This document shows, piece after piece, positions 33,655 to 45,968 of a stretch of DNA of 64,000 nt (positions are counted from its first letter, which is position 1; each line of letters begins with the position of its first letter). Made by a program: the position numbers and the translations under genes. The notes below the pieces were generated by a model. The model worked only from the letters and a program-made list of their open reading frames with translations, was not told the DNA's origin and did not search any database. The stretch covers positions 56,201,339 to 56,265,338 of the forward strand of contig NC_090373.1 of NCBI RefSeq assembly GCF_036365525.1, written 5' to 3'. This stretch comes from Heterodontus francisci (taxonomy: Eukaryota).

Positions 33655-34138
33655 ACATGGGTGCAGCTCCAACAACACTCAAGAAGCTCGACACCATCCA
33701 GGACAAAGCAGCCCGCTTGATTGGCACCCCATCTACACCATTCACTCCCTCCACCACCGATGCACAGTGGTAGCAGTGTGTACCATCTACAAGATGCACT
33801 GCAGCAAAGCATCAAGGGTCCTTAGGCAGCACCTTCCAAGCCCGCAATCTCTACCAACTAGGACAAGGGCAGCAAATACATGGGAACACCACCACCTGCA
33901 AGTTCCCCTCCAAGTCACACGCCATCCTGACTTGGAACTATATTGCCGTTCCTTCACTGTCACTGGGTCAAAATCCTGGAACTCCCTTCCTAACAGCACT
34001 GTGGGTGTACCTACCCCACTTGGACTGCAACGGTTCAAGAAGGCAGCTCACCACCACCTTCTCAAGGGCAATTAGGGATGGGTAATAAATGCTGGCCTGG
34101 CCAGCAACGCCCACATCCCATGAATGAATTAAAAAAAA
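33655..34138 (+). mobile_element. LINE 3' fragment within the probable RSAD2 3' UTR
   Basis: MGAAPTTLKKLDTIQDKAARLIG...FKKAAHHHLLKGN, then tail CAAGGGCAATTAGGGATGGGTAATAAATGCTGGCC...A8. Confidence 0.88.
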
Positions 34139-34374
34139 CAGTGTACAAGCTGATCTGGAAGAACTACTAAAATGTTTCATTAATGGTCCAGGTATTAAAA
34201 AAATTAAAAATCTTCAAAAAACATTTTTTAAGCAAAAGATCAAAGACTGGTTGTCACATTGATATAGTGTGGTGTATATTTTCAATGTGGCATTTATGTA
34301 CAATACAGAAAACTGTTATTTGTACTTTGTTGTATATTAATGTAGGTTTTATTTTTATATATTGTGTGAATTTT

Positions 34375-34380
34375 ATTAAA
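34375..34380 (+). terminator. Candidate RSAD2 polyadenylation signal (ATTAAA)
   Basis: Preceded by a U-rich tract with several TGTA motifs (34290-34375), followed by a CA and TGTTCTGT. Confidence 0.4.
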
Positions 34381-34449
34381 ACATGACAAGGCTGTCAAAG
34401 TATATACCGTCTGTTCTGTCAGTTCCTAATGAATAATCACTTTACTATT

Positions 34450-35350
34450 TATCATGCTCGTATGAAGTGCAGCGATGAAAATACAGAACCCAAAATAAAG
34501 AGTTATAAAAATTGACTTTTCCTTTACAAAAGTGTGCTATAAAATGGCCTGCCGAAGGTCAAACAATCTGGCCCTGTATATTAAAGCTGTCTTACTGTCT
34601 GGTACAGACAAAAGGATACATTCCAAGCTAAGAGGTGTCAATTACACCCATCCTGAACCCATCAAGAAACATTTTTGAACTGAATGGGTTCTTCTGAAAC
34701 AAGGAAGGTGTGAAGTAGCCACATCCTGGTCCATTGTTGGTCACCACAGGGAGGGGCTCTGCATCTCCTAACAAAGGCAACATGTGAAAGATTTTGACCT
34801 TAAAAAGTAGCCCTCTGGAGAGAGAGAGAGATATCAGAATAAACATCACAAAAGCCTGTCCAGCCAAGAGCTGTAAGAGATCCAGCAAAAGCCAAAGAAG
34901 GAGTCCAGCCATGAATTCTACACTTCAACTTATTACAGCAGAGAACTGAAAGTGATCACCACCTCAGACTGAAGTCTCAACCACCAGGAAAATCTACAGC
35001 AACTGAGGCCTGAAATTTTAAAAGGGAAATCATCCTCCAAGAAGATTCAACAGGTTTGCCCTAACCCCAACCCCAACCTCACTTCAAACCACTTACCCTT
35101 TTCTTCTCTATCTATTCTTGTATGTGTGCATGTGAGTGAATGCATGTGTGGGTGCAGTTGAGATCATTTTGGGAATGAATATTGCTCAATAGTTAACCTT
35201 CTGTTTTAAACCTATAAGAAAACCTGTCGCTGTCTTATTTGACAAATTAAACACAAGAGGTTAAAACCCTAGTAACAAAAACACTTGCTGTGGTTAGTTG
35301 GGAGGTGAACAGTGGGAACCACCCACACCCCTTACCACCTGGCCATAACA
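34450..35350 (+). mobile_element. Solo LTR, 4-bp TSD TATT
   Basis: T(A)TCATG...CATAACA termini; TATT at 34446-34449 and 35351-35354; 3' part similar to 17550-17777. Confidence 0.7.
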
Positions 35351-36259
35351 TATTAAATTGTGGCCACTTGTTTGAGCAGAAATGCATACTTGTCAGAAGT
35401 CCATCATCACTTATTTATACCACATATGTCACTGTTCCAGCAGTGGTTTACTTTTTCGTTTAAGGCACTTTTGGGAATATTTTGCTACAACCTGAGTCCC
35501 AGTTTGTTTGGAGTGTCTATTTCCACCAATGTATCAGTCACTGAGTTGGAAGCAGGCAGGACTTACAGCAAACAGCAGGAGTAGTGGTTTATTTCAATCT
35601 TGGCAGTATGCAGAGATACAGTGGGAAGAGTGGATATTTCCTTCACTACTAATTTAATATGTTACTAAGCCAAATACATAAAATCAAAAAGATGATTAAT
35701 AAAAGTGTAATTACAAAAGAAAATATAGGATCATTTATCTCTCTTATTTTCTTTTGTACTCACCTGCCATTATTTTCTGTTGAGAACTCAAATTTTCTCA
35801 GATTTTCAGGACTGCCTTTTTCTCTCTTGGTCTGTGTCTTTTACTAATGAGCTCTCCTATTCTTGCCACCTTATTTTCACTCAGATCCTACTTGCACCCT
35901 CTTGCAATGACTTGCTTTATGTTTTTCTCATTGTTTTACCTTATTGCGCCGTACATATGAATGAAACTTTATCTTTTGGTCTTTGCTTCCCTCGTTTGTC
36001 TCTCTTACCTGCTATTTTTTGTCTCCCTCCCTGTCCTGGTCCAATTTTCCCCTTTTCATTTACCTCTCTTTCACTGTTCTCTTTAAAATGTTTTACATCA
36101 CTATTTTCTGGTCAACTCTTTATTTGCTGATCAGCTATCATTACATTTCTTTCTATCCATCTCTGTGAATATTCACCGTGTCCATGGTGGCCTTATGCTG
36201 AAACCTTGTAGCAAATTATCCATTCCACTACATTACTAGGAATAGCCTCAATCCAAATA

Positions 36260-36690
36260 GTCATAGAGTCATAGAATTATAGAGCACAGAAACAGGCCCT
36301 TTGGCCAAATGTGTCTGCGCAGACCATCAAGCACCCATCCAATCTAATCCCATTTTCCTGCACTAGACCCATAACCTTGTATGATATGGCATTTCAAGTG
36401 CTCATCTAAATACTTCTTAAATGTTGTGAGGGTTCCTGCCTCCAACAGGCAGTGTGTTCCAGATTTCAACCACCTTCTGGGTGAAAAAGTTTTTCCCCAA
36501 CTCCCCTCTAAACCTCCTGCTCCTTACCTTAAATTTATGCTCCCCGGTTATTGACCCCTCCACTAAGGGAAAAAATTTCTTCCTATCTTTCCTATCAATG
36601 CCCCTCATAATTTTGTATACCTCAATCAGGTCCCCACTCAGCCTTCGCTGCTCCAAGGAAAACAACCCCAGCCCATCCAGTCTCTCTTAC
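36260..36690 (-). mobile_element. CR1 3' end
   Basis: FSLEQRRLSGDLIEVYKIMRG...FFTQKVVEIWNTLP; CATAGAGT tail. Confidence 0.88.
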
Positions 36691-36707
36691 TCTTCACTTG
36701 CAGAGGT

Positions 36708-37978
36708 AGGGATTAATCAGGGTTAGTATGGCTTTGTCAGGGGGAGATCGTGTCTAACAAACTTGTTTGAATTTTTTGAGGAGGTAAATGATGGTAAAGC
36801 AGGTGATGTAGTCTACTTGAACTTCAATAAGGCTTTTGATAAGGTCCTGCATGGGAGATTGGTTCAGAAGGTAAGAGCCCATGGGATCCAAGGCAATTTG
36901 GCAAATTGGATCCAAAATTGGCTGTGGCAGGAGGCAGAGAGTGATGGTCGAAGGTTGTTTTTGCGAGTGGAAGCCAGTGACCAGTGGTGTACCGCAGGGA
37001 TCTGTGCTGGGACCCTTGCTGTTTGCAGTGTACATTAATGATTTAGACGTGAATATAGGAGGTATGATCAGTAAGTTCGCAGATGACACGAAAATTGTTG
37101 GTGTTGTAAATAGTGAGGAGGAAAGCCTTAGATTACAGGACGATATAGATGAGCTGAGCAGTGGAAAATGGAATTTAATCCTGAGAAGTGTAAGGTGATG
37201 CATTTTGGGAGGACTAACAAGGCAAGGGAATATACAATGGATGGTAGGACCCTAGGAAGTACAGAGGGTCAGAGGGACCTTGGTGTACTTGTCCATAGAT
37301 CACTGAAGGTAGCAGCACAGGTAGATAAGGTGGTTAGGAAGGCATATGGGATACTTGCCTTTATTAGCCAAGGCGTAGAATATAAGAGCAGGAAGGTTAT
37401 GAAGGAGCTGTATAAAACGCTAGTTAGGCCATAGCTGGAGTACTATGTACAGTTCTGGTCACCGCACTATAGGAAGGTTGTGATTGCACTGGGTAGGGTG
37501 CAGAGGAGATTCACCAGGATGTTGCATGGGATGGATCATTTCAACTATGAAGAGAGACTGGATAGGCTAGGATTGTTTCCCTTAGAGCAGATAAGGCTGA
37601 GGTAGGACCTGATTGAGGTATACAAAATTATGAGGGGCATTGATAGGATAGATAAGAAACTTTTTCCCTTAGTGGTGGGATCAATAACCAGGGGGCATAG
37701 ATTTAAGATAAGGGGCAGGAGATTTAGAGGGGATTTAAAGAATTTTTTTTTCACCCAGAGTGTGGTTGGAATCTGGAACACACTACCTGAAGGGGTGGTA
37801 GAGGCAGGAACCCTCACAACATTTAAGAAGTATTTAGATGAGCACTTGAAACACCATAGCATACAAGGCTACCAGCCAAGTGCTGGAAAATGGGATTAGA
37901 ATAGATGGATGCTTGATGGCCGGCACAGACACGATAGGCCGAAGGGCCTGTTTCGGTGCTGTATAACTCTATGACTCT
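36708..37978 (+). mobile_element. CR1 RT and 3' end
   Basis: FNKAFDKV, SGVPQGSVLGPLLFAVYINDL, KFADDTK, MEFNPEKCKVMHFG; CTCTATGA tail. Confidence 0.92.
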
Positions 37979-38559
37979 AATTCTGTTGAGGGTAAATTTC
38001 TTTTCAGGTAATAATACACTTGACCTTTCATTTAATTAATATTAAGCAGAGCTTCTCCACTGTATTTTCATGAGGTGAGCCACAGAACTTCCAGAAAAAT
38101 TGCATCAATTAAGTTATGGGAGACAAGCAGGTGAACCCCTGCAAAAATCCATCCTCCAGCTGAGTGATTCCAGCATTTTCTGCTGTTGTTTCCAATTTCT
38201 AGCATCTGCAGATTTTGTTTTACATTTTGTTCACTCTGCTAAACACTGGAATCCTCATCATTCCTCGAAGAAGATAGCCTGGAATTTTCTCTATGGGTGC
38301 ACATTTGGCATAACATTATTTAGAATCTGCGCTCGTGGAAGTTGAGAAACTTCTAATGTGAATTATACTTATGTGATTAAAATGTATTCAAAGAAACAAA
38401 AGGTACAGTGCAAGTCCCAGTGAGCACTTTTTAAAAATATGTTCAACAAATTTCAATAAAACACCAGAAAAAAAAACTTGGTTTCCTGCTGCACCCGAAA
38501 ATCTGGTCATGCTTTGAAGAGACCCTCTGAGCAAGAGAACAAGTGTTATTTAGGAGTGG

Positions 38560-38915
38560 TACCATTAGAAAAGTGAAGGCTGAGGAGTGACCTATAGATG
38601 TCTTTAAGATTACCACCAGGTCAATAGGGTAGATGTAGAAAAAATATTTCCATTTACAGGGAAGTCCAAAACTAAGGGGTCATAAATATAGGATACCAGA
38701 GAGCAGTTAGGATGTGAAACTTCTTACCACAAGGAATAGTTGAGGCAAATAGCAAGAATGCATTTAAGGGAAAGCTAGATAAGTACATGAGGGAAAATGG
38801 AATAGAAGGATATGTTGATAGTGTTAGATGTAGTTGGTGGTAGAGGGCTCGTGAAGAATAAACATCAGCATGGACGTGTTGGACCAAATGGCCTGTTTCT
38901 GTGCTGTACATTCGA
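38560..38915 (+). mobile_element. Old CR1 3' fragment
   Basis: GAAGGCTGAGGAGTGACCT...GGACCAAATGGCCTGTTTCTGTGCTGTA. Confidence 0.7.
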
Positions 38916-39179
38916 TATTATTATGGTCGGAGAGATCAAGAGTTTTGTAAGTATTGTACTTGCATGCAAGATTCTGCACTTTCCTTAGGCCAAATATTTA
39001 ATTTGGGTCCAGATTGCATGTGGCTGGGCACAAACAGGCTGGAAATTCCATGCCCTCAATAGTTTTCCAGGTTGACCCACTCCAACAGCCAACACTGTCA
39101 GAGGGTTCCAATACCACAAATACTCCTTCAAGACTCTCTCCTTCAGATAGCACTATGTTCTTTGCACCTCTGAAAAGTG

Positions 39180-40372
39180 TTCAATTCCAGAGATGAGGCG
39201 AGAGTGACTTCCTGTGACACCACAGCAATGCTTGTGGCATCAACGAGCCCCAACAAAGTTGAGGTCAGCGGTAATCGGGGGGAGACTCTCCACTGGTTGG
39301 AGTCATACCTAGCACAAAGGAAGATGATTGTGGTTGTTGGAGATCAATCATCTCAGCTCTAGGACATCGTTGCAGGAGTTCCTCAGGATATTGTCCTAGG
39401 CCCAATCATCTTCAACTGCTTCATCAATGACCTTTCTTCAATCATAAGGTCAGAAGTGGGGATGTTCACCAATGGTTGCACAGTGTTCAGTACTACTTAT
39501 AACTCCTCAGATACTGAAGCAGTCCGTACGCACATGCAGCAAGACCTGGACAATATCCATGCTTGGGCTGATAAGTGGCAGGTAACATTCACGCCACACA
39601 AGTGCCAGGCAATGACCATCTCAAACAAGAGAGAATCTAACCACCTCACCCTGACAGTCAATGGCATTACCATTGCTGAATTCCCCACCATCAACATCCT
39701 GCGGGTTACCATTGCTGAATTCCCCAACATCAACATCCTGCGGGTTACCATTGACACTTAATTGGACTAGCCATATAAATACTGTGGATGCAACATCAGG
39801 TCAGACGCTGGGAATTTTGTGGCGAGTAACTCACCTCCTGATTCCCCAAAGTCTGCCACATGGCACAAGTCAGGAGTGTGATTGAATACTCTCCACTTGC
39901 CTGGATGGGTGCAGTTCCACCAGCACTCAAGTAGCTCAACACCATCCAAGACAAAGCAGCCCAATGTTTGGCACCCCATCCACTAGCTTAAAAATTCACT
40001 CTGTCCACTTCTGGCACACTGTAGCAGCAGTGTGTACCATGCACAAGATACAGTGCAGCAACATGCCAAGCCTTCTTTTGACTGCACCTTCCAAACCCGC
40101 AAACTCTACCACCTAGAAGAACAAGGGCTGCAGACACATGGGAACACCACTCACTACCTGCAAGTTCCCCTTCAAGCCACTCACCATCCTGACTTGGAAC
40201 TATATCACCCGCTGGGTCAAAATCCTGGAATGCCCTTCGTAACAGCACTGTGGCGGTACCTACATCAGATGGACTGCAGCGGTTAGGTGACTCACCTACA
40301 CTTTCTCAAGGGCAATTCGGGACAACAGGCCTAGCCAGCAATGCTCACATCCCAAGAACGAATTTAAAAAAC
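39180..40372 (+). mobile_element. CR1/L2-group LINE fragment with internal 39-bp tandem duplication
   Basis: WLESYLAQRKMIVVVG, WADKWQVTF; unit TTACCATTGCTGAATTCCCCA(C/A)CATCAACATCCTGCGGG twice at 39667-39744. Confidence 0.88.
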
Positions 40373-40469
40373 TAGTCTTAATCTCTGCTCTAATGGAGCC
40401 CCAGTTGCATTGCCTAAATATTGTAATAGTTGTGTCCTTATGGGTTAGATTAAAAAAAACATTCATTCC

Positions 40470-41103
40470 CACGATTTAACTCCGAGGGGCCGGTATCAGC
40501 GCCAAAGCTTGGATCATTCTCACAAGGGGAAGGCGGAGCGGAGTCCCATTCAAACCTGCAACAACAGCGATAATCCTACCCATATACTAAACCAAGCTCA
40601 AGCCACTGTCACCTGGTAACCTGGGCAGGATACACGGGGCGAGCGAGGTGACAGCTGCTAATCAACCATTCAGCACCGGGCTCGAGACACCGCCGCTTAG
40701 GAACGGCACCCACGTCGCGTTCTAGCCGCCGCCTAGCAACGGAGCACCCGGTGTTCCATTCCAATTGTCCCGCTCCCTCTGAGGGGCTTCTCTCCCTCTC
40801 CCTCTCCCTGTTCCTGTTCCATGGTGGCTGGGCTTTCATTGGCTGGAGTTGCAGCAAGCGCAGGCCAGAGGGGGTGGCTGCCGATGCTGCCAGTGACGTA
40901 GCCGGCCGCTGATGGAGTGCAATCGGTGTCGCGGTTGTACTGGCGGATGGAGCCGGTACCACCTTTATAGACAATAGAGAGAACCAGACAAAAAGGTTTC
41001 GAGTCTGGGTAAAGGAGATTGGAAAGAAGGGGAAAAAAAACCCTTTCCGGGTCGGCTTCTGCCTCGACAGGTTTTGAGACTGAGCCTAACCAAAGAGACA
41101 AAG
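40470..41103 (+). promoter_or_regulatory. CpG-island promoter and probable non-coding first exon of the downstream gene (RNF144A by synteny, not confirmed)
   Basis: Densest CpG cluster in the window; X-box-like GTCACCTGGTAAC (40608) and GCCGCCTAGCAAC (40728), ATTGG 40838, TGACGT 40894; candidate donor AAG|GTGGGT after 41103. Confidence 0.6.
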
Positions 41104-41867
41104 GTGGGTCTTGCGTGTTTTTATTTTAAAAGCGCTGTGTGCGTGTGGGGTGTTGAGTTAGGTCGGGAATCTGAAGTAATCCACGGTTTGGATCCGCTCT
41201 CATTGCCCTTTATGCAAATAGCAACTTTATCGCCGAAGCGGTCTGGAATGTGGCATGATTGTTTTTGCCAGGGGGACGCTAAGCAATGTCTGCACCCAAT
41301 GCATTGTATTCCCCGCACTGGGACCTCTCCAACCAGTCGAAGCCGTCTTTGCAACATGTTCCTTCCATTGTATCAATACTTAGTTAAGACTACAGTTAGA
41401 GGCGATTTTGGCACAAAGGAAATGCTGCCCAAGATTTTAACATTTCTTTGTAATGTCCTTTGTCGCCTAACATTGGGTATCTCAATTGTAACATCTGCTA
41501 AATGACAAAGGTGGCGTGCAACAATGGTAACCAGATTACTTAGTACATTTCTCTTCAGCTACATATTTCCGTTAAACCAAAAAAATGCACTGAATGGTTA
41601 CATAAGGAAGTGAATATACATTGCAAAATTGATTCCGTTTTTAGCTTTAGGTTGCATGCAACGATCGAGGTGCCAGGTCCTTATTAAAATCGGGCCTTTA
41701 GATGGCATACTTGGTAGGTTTTGTCTCCGCCACCTTAATTGGGGGCATTGCAGAAAATAGCATTACTAATTAATGTCTTCCTGATTTTTATTTTTTATTT
41801 TTCGGTTTATACAAATTAACAATTCCTGGAAAATAACGTGTCTTAGGTCGCTTGTTTTGTTCTGCAG

Positions 41868-41932
41868 ACTATTAAATTATTGTATGACTTGTAGATCATG
41901 ATGTCTATATTGAGTTTGCCAGTATCTACCAG
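41868..41932 (+). other. Candidate 65-nt 5' UTR exon
   Basis: Pyrimidine-rich TTGTTTTGTTCTGCAG acceptor and CAG|GTATGT donor, 0.8 kb after the CpG island. Confidence 0.4.
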
Positions 41933-42410
41933 GTATGTTTTTAAATTTTAATATTAATAAATGAACTTTCATAGAAGAAATGTGTATTTAGAAATATAGT
42001 TTGTAGGTAGTATGCAAAATTTGCTTTCAATGAGAGGTAATTAATATTGAACATTGTTGCCATTTAAAAGGCTGCATATAAATCCTTAGTGTGAATTTTA
42101 ATTTATAAATGTATTCACATTGTTGCTGTGCAAGTCTCACTTTTTTTTTAAAAAAAAGCTTCTCCCCTAATATTCTGAAGGGATGGTATCATGCTAGGTT
42201 ATGGTTCAACAGGCACTGATTGGCTTCAAGTATCTTATTCAAGCTGTCAGTCTTAAGGTGCAAGTCTAGATAACAACAACTAGCTTTTGAGAGAACATTT
42301 AGAATGAGTGGTCAAAAGATGGATTTTGATAAGGTTTTTAAAGTGGCAAGAAAAGTGGAAAGACTGGAGGGGGTTCAGTTTGGAAGTTAGAGTAGGCCCG
42401 AGATTGCTGA

Positions 42411-42411
<1 letters not shown>

Positions 42412-42447
<36 letters not shown>
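42412..42447 (+). repeat. (TG)18 microsatellite
   Basis: Perfect TG run. Confidence 0.95.
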
Positions 42448-42448
<1 letters not shown>

Positions 42449-43221
42449 CGATGGATTTTGAAGATGAGGAGAATTTGAAATTTTACTCAATGGAAACAGA
42501 GTGGGAGGGTTTCTAATAAGTTTAATTTCTTAGTGATATACCAGACCATTTACTATCTTGTAGATACTAACACTCTTCTAAGTACTTTCTAGCAATAGTA
42601 TGTTGAGTAATGCTCCTTCAATCATGCCAGGCAAAGTTTACAGACTATACACAGTCTGGTGCTCTGATTGATTTGGAAGCTCAGAGCACTACTGTGTATT
42701 CACTAACAAGCATGTCATGCTTCATGAGTATGTAGTGGTGCTCTAAATCTTAGCGGTAACCTGTGCAACTATGATAACTTGGTCATGCACATATTATACC
42801 TAGCTACTGTTGCATCATTCAGTGATTCGAAGATTTAGAATTGTGCTGGTAGGATGGTGCAAATAGTGAGCTTGTTGAGTTGTGTCAGATGTTGTTGATA
42901 CAAGGTAGCAGACTGGCGTTAGACTGAGTCGATCTCAGTGGGATCAACACTGTCAGATGATTTACTCACTGGTGGTTCTACAATGGCACTTTCTTGCAGC
43001 ATTTACACTGTTGTGAAAATCCTGATCTAGCATAAATGCAAACTGGATTGTAAAGCATTTGTATAATTAGTGTCTCAAGAGAGTGACATTCAAACAGATC
43101 GCTTATGTATTTTGCTCTCCCATTTACAATAGCTGCTGCTGCCAATTCAAATTCAAGCTTGTTGGAAACATTAAAAAAAAAATTATTTGCTTGTTGGAGG
43201 CCATTTGGTGCAGGGTTGCTT

Positions 43222-44285
43222 AGCGTAGTGTCCTAGGCCCAACCATCTTCAGCTGCTTCATCAATGACATTCCTTCCATCATAAGTGGGGATCTTTGGTA
43301 ATTGCACAGTTCAGTCCCATTCACAGTTCCTCAGATACTGAGGCAGACTGTGCATGCATGCTGCAAGACCTGAACTGTATCGAGGCTTGGGCTTGATAAG
43401 TGGCAAGTAATATTTGTGTCACATCAAGTGTCAGGAAATGACCATCTCCAACAAGAGAAAATCTAACCATCTCCACCTGATACTCAAGGGCATTACCATC
43501 TTTGAATCCCCCACCAACATCCTAGGTCATTGTTGATGAAAAACTTCACTGGACCAGCTATGTAAATACTGTGGCTACAGGAGCAGTTCAGAGATTGGAT
43601 ATTCTGTGATAAGTGACTCACCTTTGTCACCCCAAAGTCTTTTCACCACCCTACAAGGCATGTCAGGAATGTGATGGAATACACTCCAGTTGTCTGGATG
43701 AATGCAGCTCCCGCAATACTCGAGGCTCATCACCATCCAGGAGAAAGCAGAACCCTTAATCAGCACTGTATCCACCACCTTAAATATTCACTCCCTCCAC
43801 CACAAGAACAATATGGTTTCAGTGTGTACCATCTACAGGATGCACTGCAGCAACTTGCCAAAGTTTCTTCCACAGCCCCTACCAAACTTGTGGCCTCTAC
43901 CACATAGAACAGAAACATTTCTAGTGCAGAAGTATGCCATTCGGCCCATTATGTCTGTGCTGACCAAAAAGGAGCTATCCAACCTAATCCCACTTTTCAG
44001 CTATTGGTACGTGACCCTGTTGGTTATGGCACTTCAAGTGCATATCCAAGTAAAAGGACAAGGGCAGCAGGCAACTCCATGTTCCCTGACAAGTCACACA
44101 CCATCCTTACTTGGAAATATAACTCCATTCCTTCATTGTTGCTGGGTTGAAATCCTGGAATTCCCTCCTTAATTTCACCAAACAGACTGCAGAAGGTAGC
44201 TCACTAACACCTTCTCAAGGGTAATTAGGAATGAGCACTAAATGCTTGTCTTGCTAGCAATGCCCACATCCCATGAATTAATAAA
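43222..44285 (+). mobile_element. Old CR1/L2-group LINE 3' fragment (with a short CR1 tail piece at ~43902-44050)
   Basis: GTCCTAGGCCCAACCATCTTCAGCTGCTTCATCAATGAC...CAAGGGTAATTAGG...CCCACATCCCATGAA. Confidence 0.8.
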
Positions 44286-44552
44286 TAAAAATATTTCACA
44301 AGTCTGTGTCTTCCCAGTTGGCTTGTTGCAAAGAGTGTATAGGCGTGCAGAGTAATAGGATAGATTTTTCTTCGGTAAGGGTGTCAAGGGCCGTGGAGCT
44401 ACGGTGGATAAATAGCATTGAGGTGCAGTTCAGCCGTGATAAAGTTGAATGTTGGAGAAGATTTGGGCTGAGTCATTTACTCTGTTCCTAGTACGGTTCC
44501 CTTCTATCTATAATACGTTTAAAGTCATGTGTATAGAGTGTACATTTTGTAA

Positions 44553-44835
44553 CATGAGATGTTAAACCAAGGCCTCATCTGCCCTCTCAGATGGACGTAA
44601 ATGATCCCTTGGCACTATTTGAACAACTGGAGAATATCCTAGTCAATATTTATCCTTTAACCAACATCACTAAAACAGCTTATATGATATCTGCTGTTTG
44701 TAGGACTTACGGCTAGTTAGGGCTTCTGCAGTTCCTACATTACAGTAGTGACTACACTTCCAAGTACTTTGTTAGCTGTAAAGCACTTTGGAATATCCTA
44801 AAGTTATGAAAGATAGTATATAAATGAAAGTCGTC
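44553..44835 (+). mobile_element. Deu-domain SINE fragment (SacSINE1/AmnSINE1-like)
   Basis: GAGATGTTAAACCAAGGCC...GATCCCTTGGCACTATTTGAA...GTAAAGCACTTTGG...TATATAAATG resembles the Deu core and L2-type tail as I recall them. Confidence 0.6.
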
Positions 44836-45439
44836 TTACCTCATGTAATACCTTCCCTGTCACCTGTTGTTTATTGCACCCCAAATTATTATTAAACAGC
44901 ATGTTTTCCAACTCTGTGAGTACACCACAGGAGATTGGCAAGGGTTATGTTCTTCAGTTTTAAATAAAATTTAGTTATGTGCCAGGACAGGTGCTGAGCC
45001 AGCCCAGTGTCATACTTGCAGTATCACACAATTTTACGTCATGGCACAGTCATGCCAGGGACCAAGGTCAGACCACAATCAGCAGTTTCTGAGCCCCAGG
45101 AAATGTTGGATCTTTACAGGCATAGGATGAACAGAGGAAAGCAAGTTTTATATTCTGAAGTGTGTTGATTGAGCAAGACTTGTGCATCTGGAGTTGACAC
45201 CAGTGGCAGCAATGTTAAAAGGCTTTCTATTTCTTATATTGCCAACAGATTAGCCTAAAGAAAAATGAAGCTGTGGGATACTGTAATTGAAACAAAATGC
45301 TGAAAGGCACCAAAGTAGTATCTAACATTGTACCACCTTTTCTTTCTCTCGTTCCTTCATTTTTTGGTGATATCCAGGATGATTCTGCAATCATTTTTTT
45401 TTCTTTTTCACTATATGGCAATTACAAATTGTATAATTA

Positions 45440-45780
45440 GGGCGGCACAGTGGTTAGCACCGCAGCCTCACAGCTCCAGCAACCCGGGTTCAATTCCGGG
45501 TACTGCCTGTGTGGAGTTTGGAAGTTCTCCCTGTGTCTACGTGGGTTTCCGCCGGGTGTTCCGGTTTCCTCCCACATGCCAAAGACTTGCAGGTTGATAG
45601 GTAAATTGGCCCTTAGCAATTGCCCCTAGTATAGGTAGGTGGTAGGGAAATATAGGGACAGGTGGGGGTGTGGTAGGAATATGGAATTAGTGTAGGATTA
45701 GTATAAATGGGTGGTTGATGGTCGGCACAGACTCGGTGGGCCGAAGGGCCTGTTTCAGTGCTGTATCTCTAAACTAAACT
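45440..45780 (+). mobile_element. tRNA-derived V-SINE (HE1-like)
   Basis: GGGCGGCACAGTGGTTAGCAC, GGTTCAATTCC, V-domain, GGGCCGAAGGGCCTGTTTCAGTGCTGTATCTCTAAACTAAACT tail. Confidence 0.9.
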
Positions 45781-45915
45781 ATACATTTAAGATGTACAGT
45801 AAAAAGGACCTGATTCAACAGTAATTTAGTTGTTCAGTGCAATTTTTTCTTAATGCATTATGCATGAGGGGAAAATTCCACCCCACGAACTTAAAATGTG
45901 TTGCTTGTCAAACGT

Positions 45916-45968
45916 TAATGTATTTGTGCTTTGGCACTGTTAGAATTTTTGCAAAGTACCTCATTAGG
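45916..45968. repeat. ~53-nt dispersed repeat, copy 1 (stem-loop)
   Basis: TAATGTATTTGTGCTTTGGCACTGTTAGAATTTTTGCAAAGTACCTCATTAGG; copy 2 at 52487-52540. Confidence 0.8.

Noticed and set aside
35700-36170. Hydrophobic ORFs resembling membrane proteins (also 47225-47724)
   Set aside because: Products of T/C-rich non-coding sequence; no splice-consistent exons or family motifs
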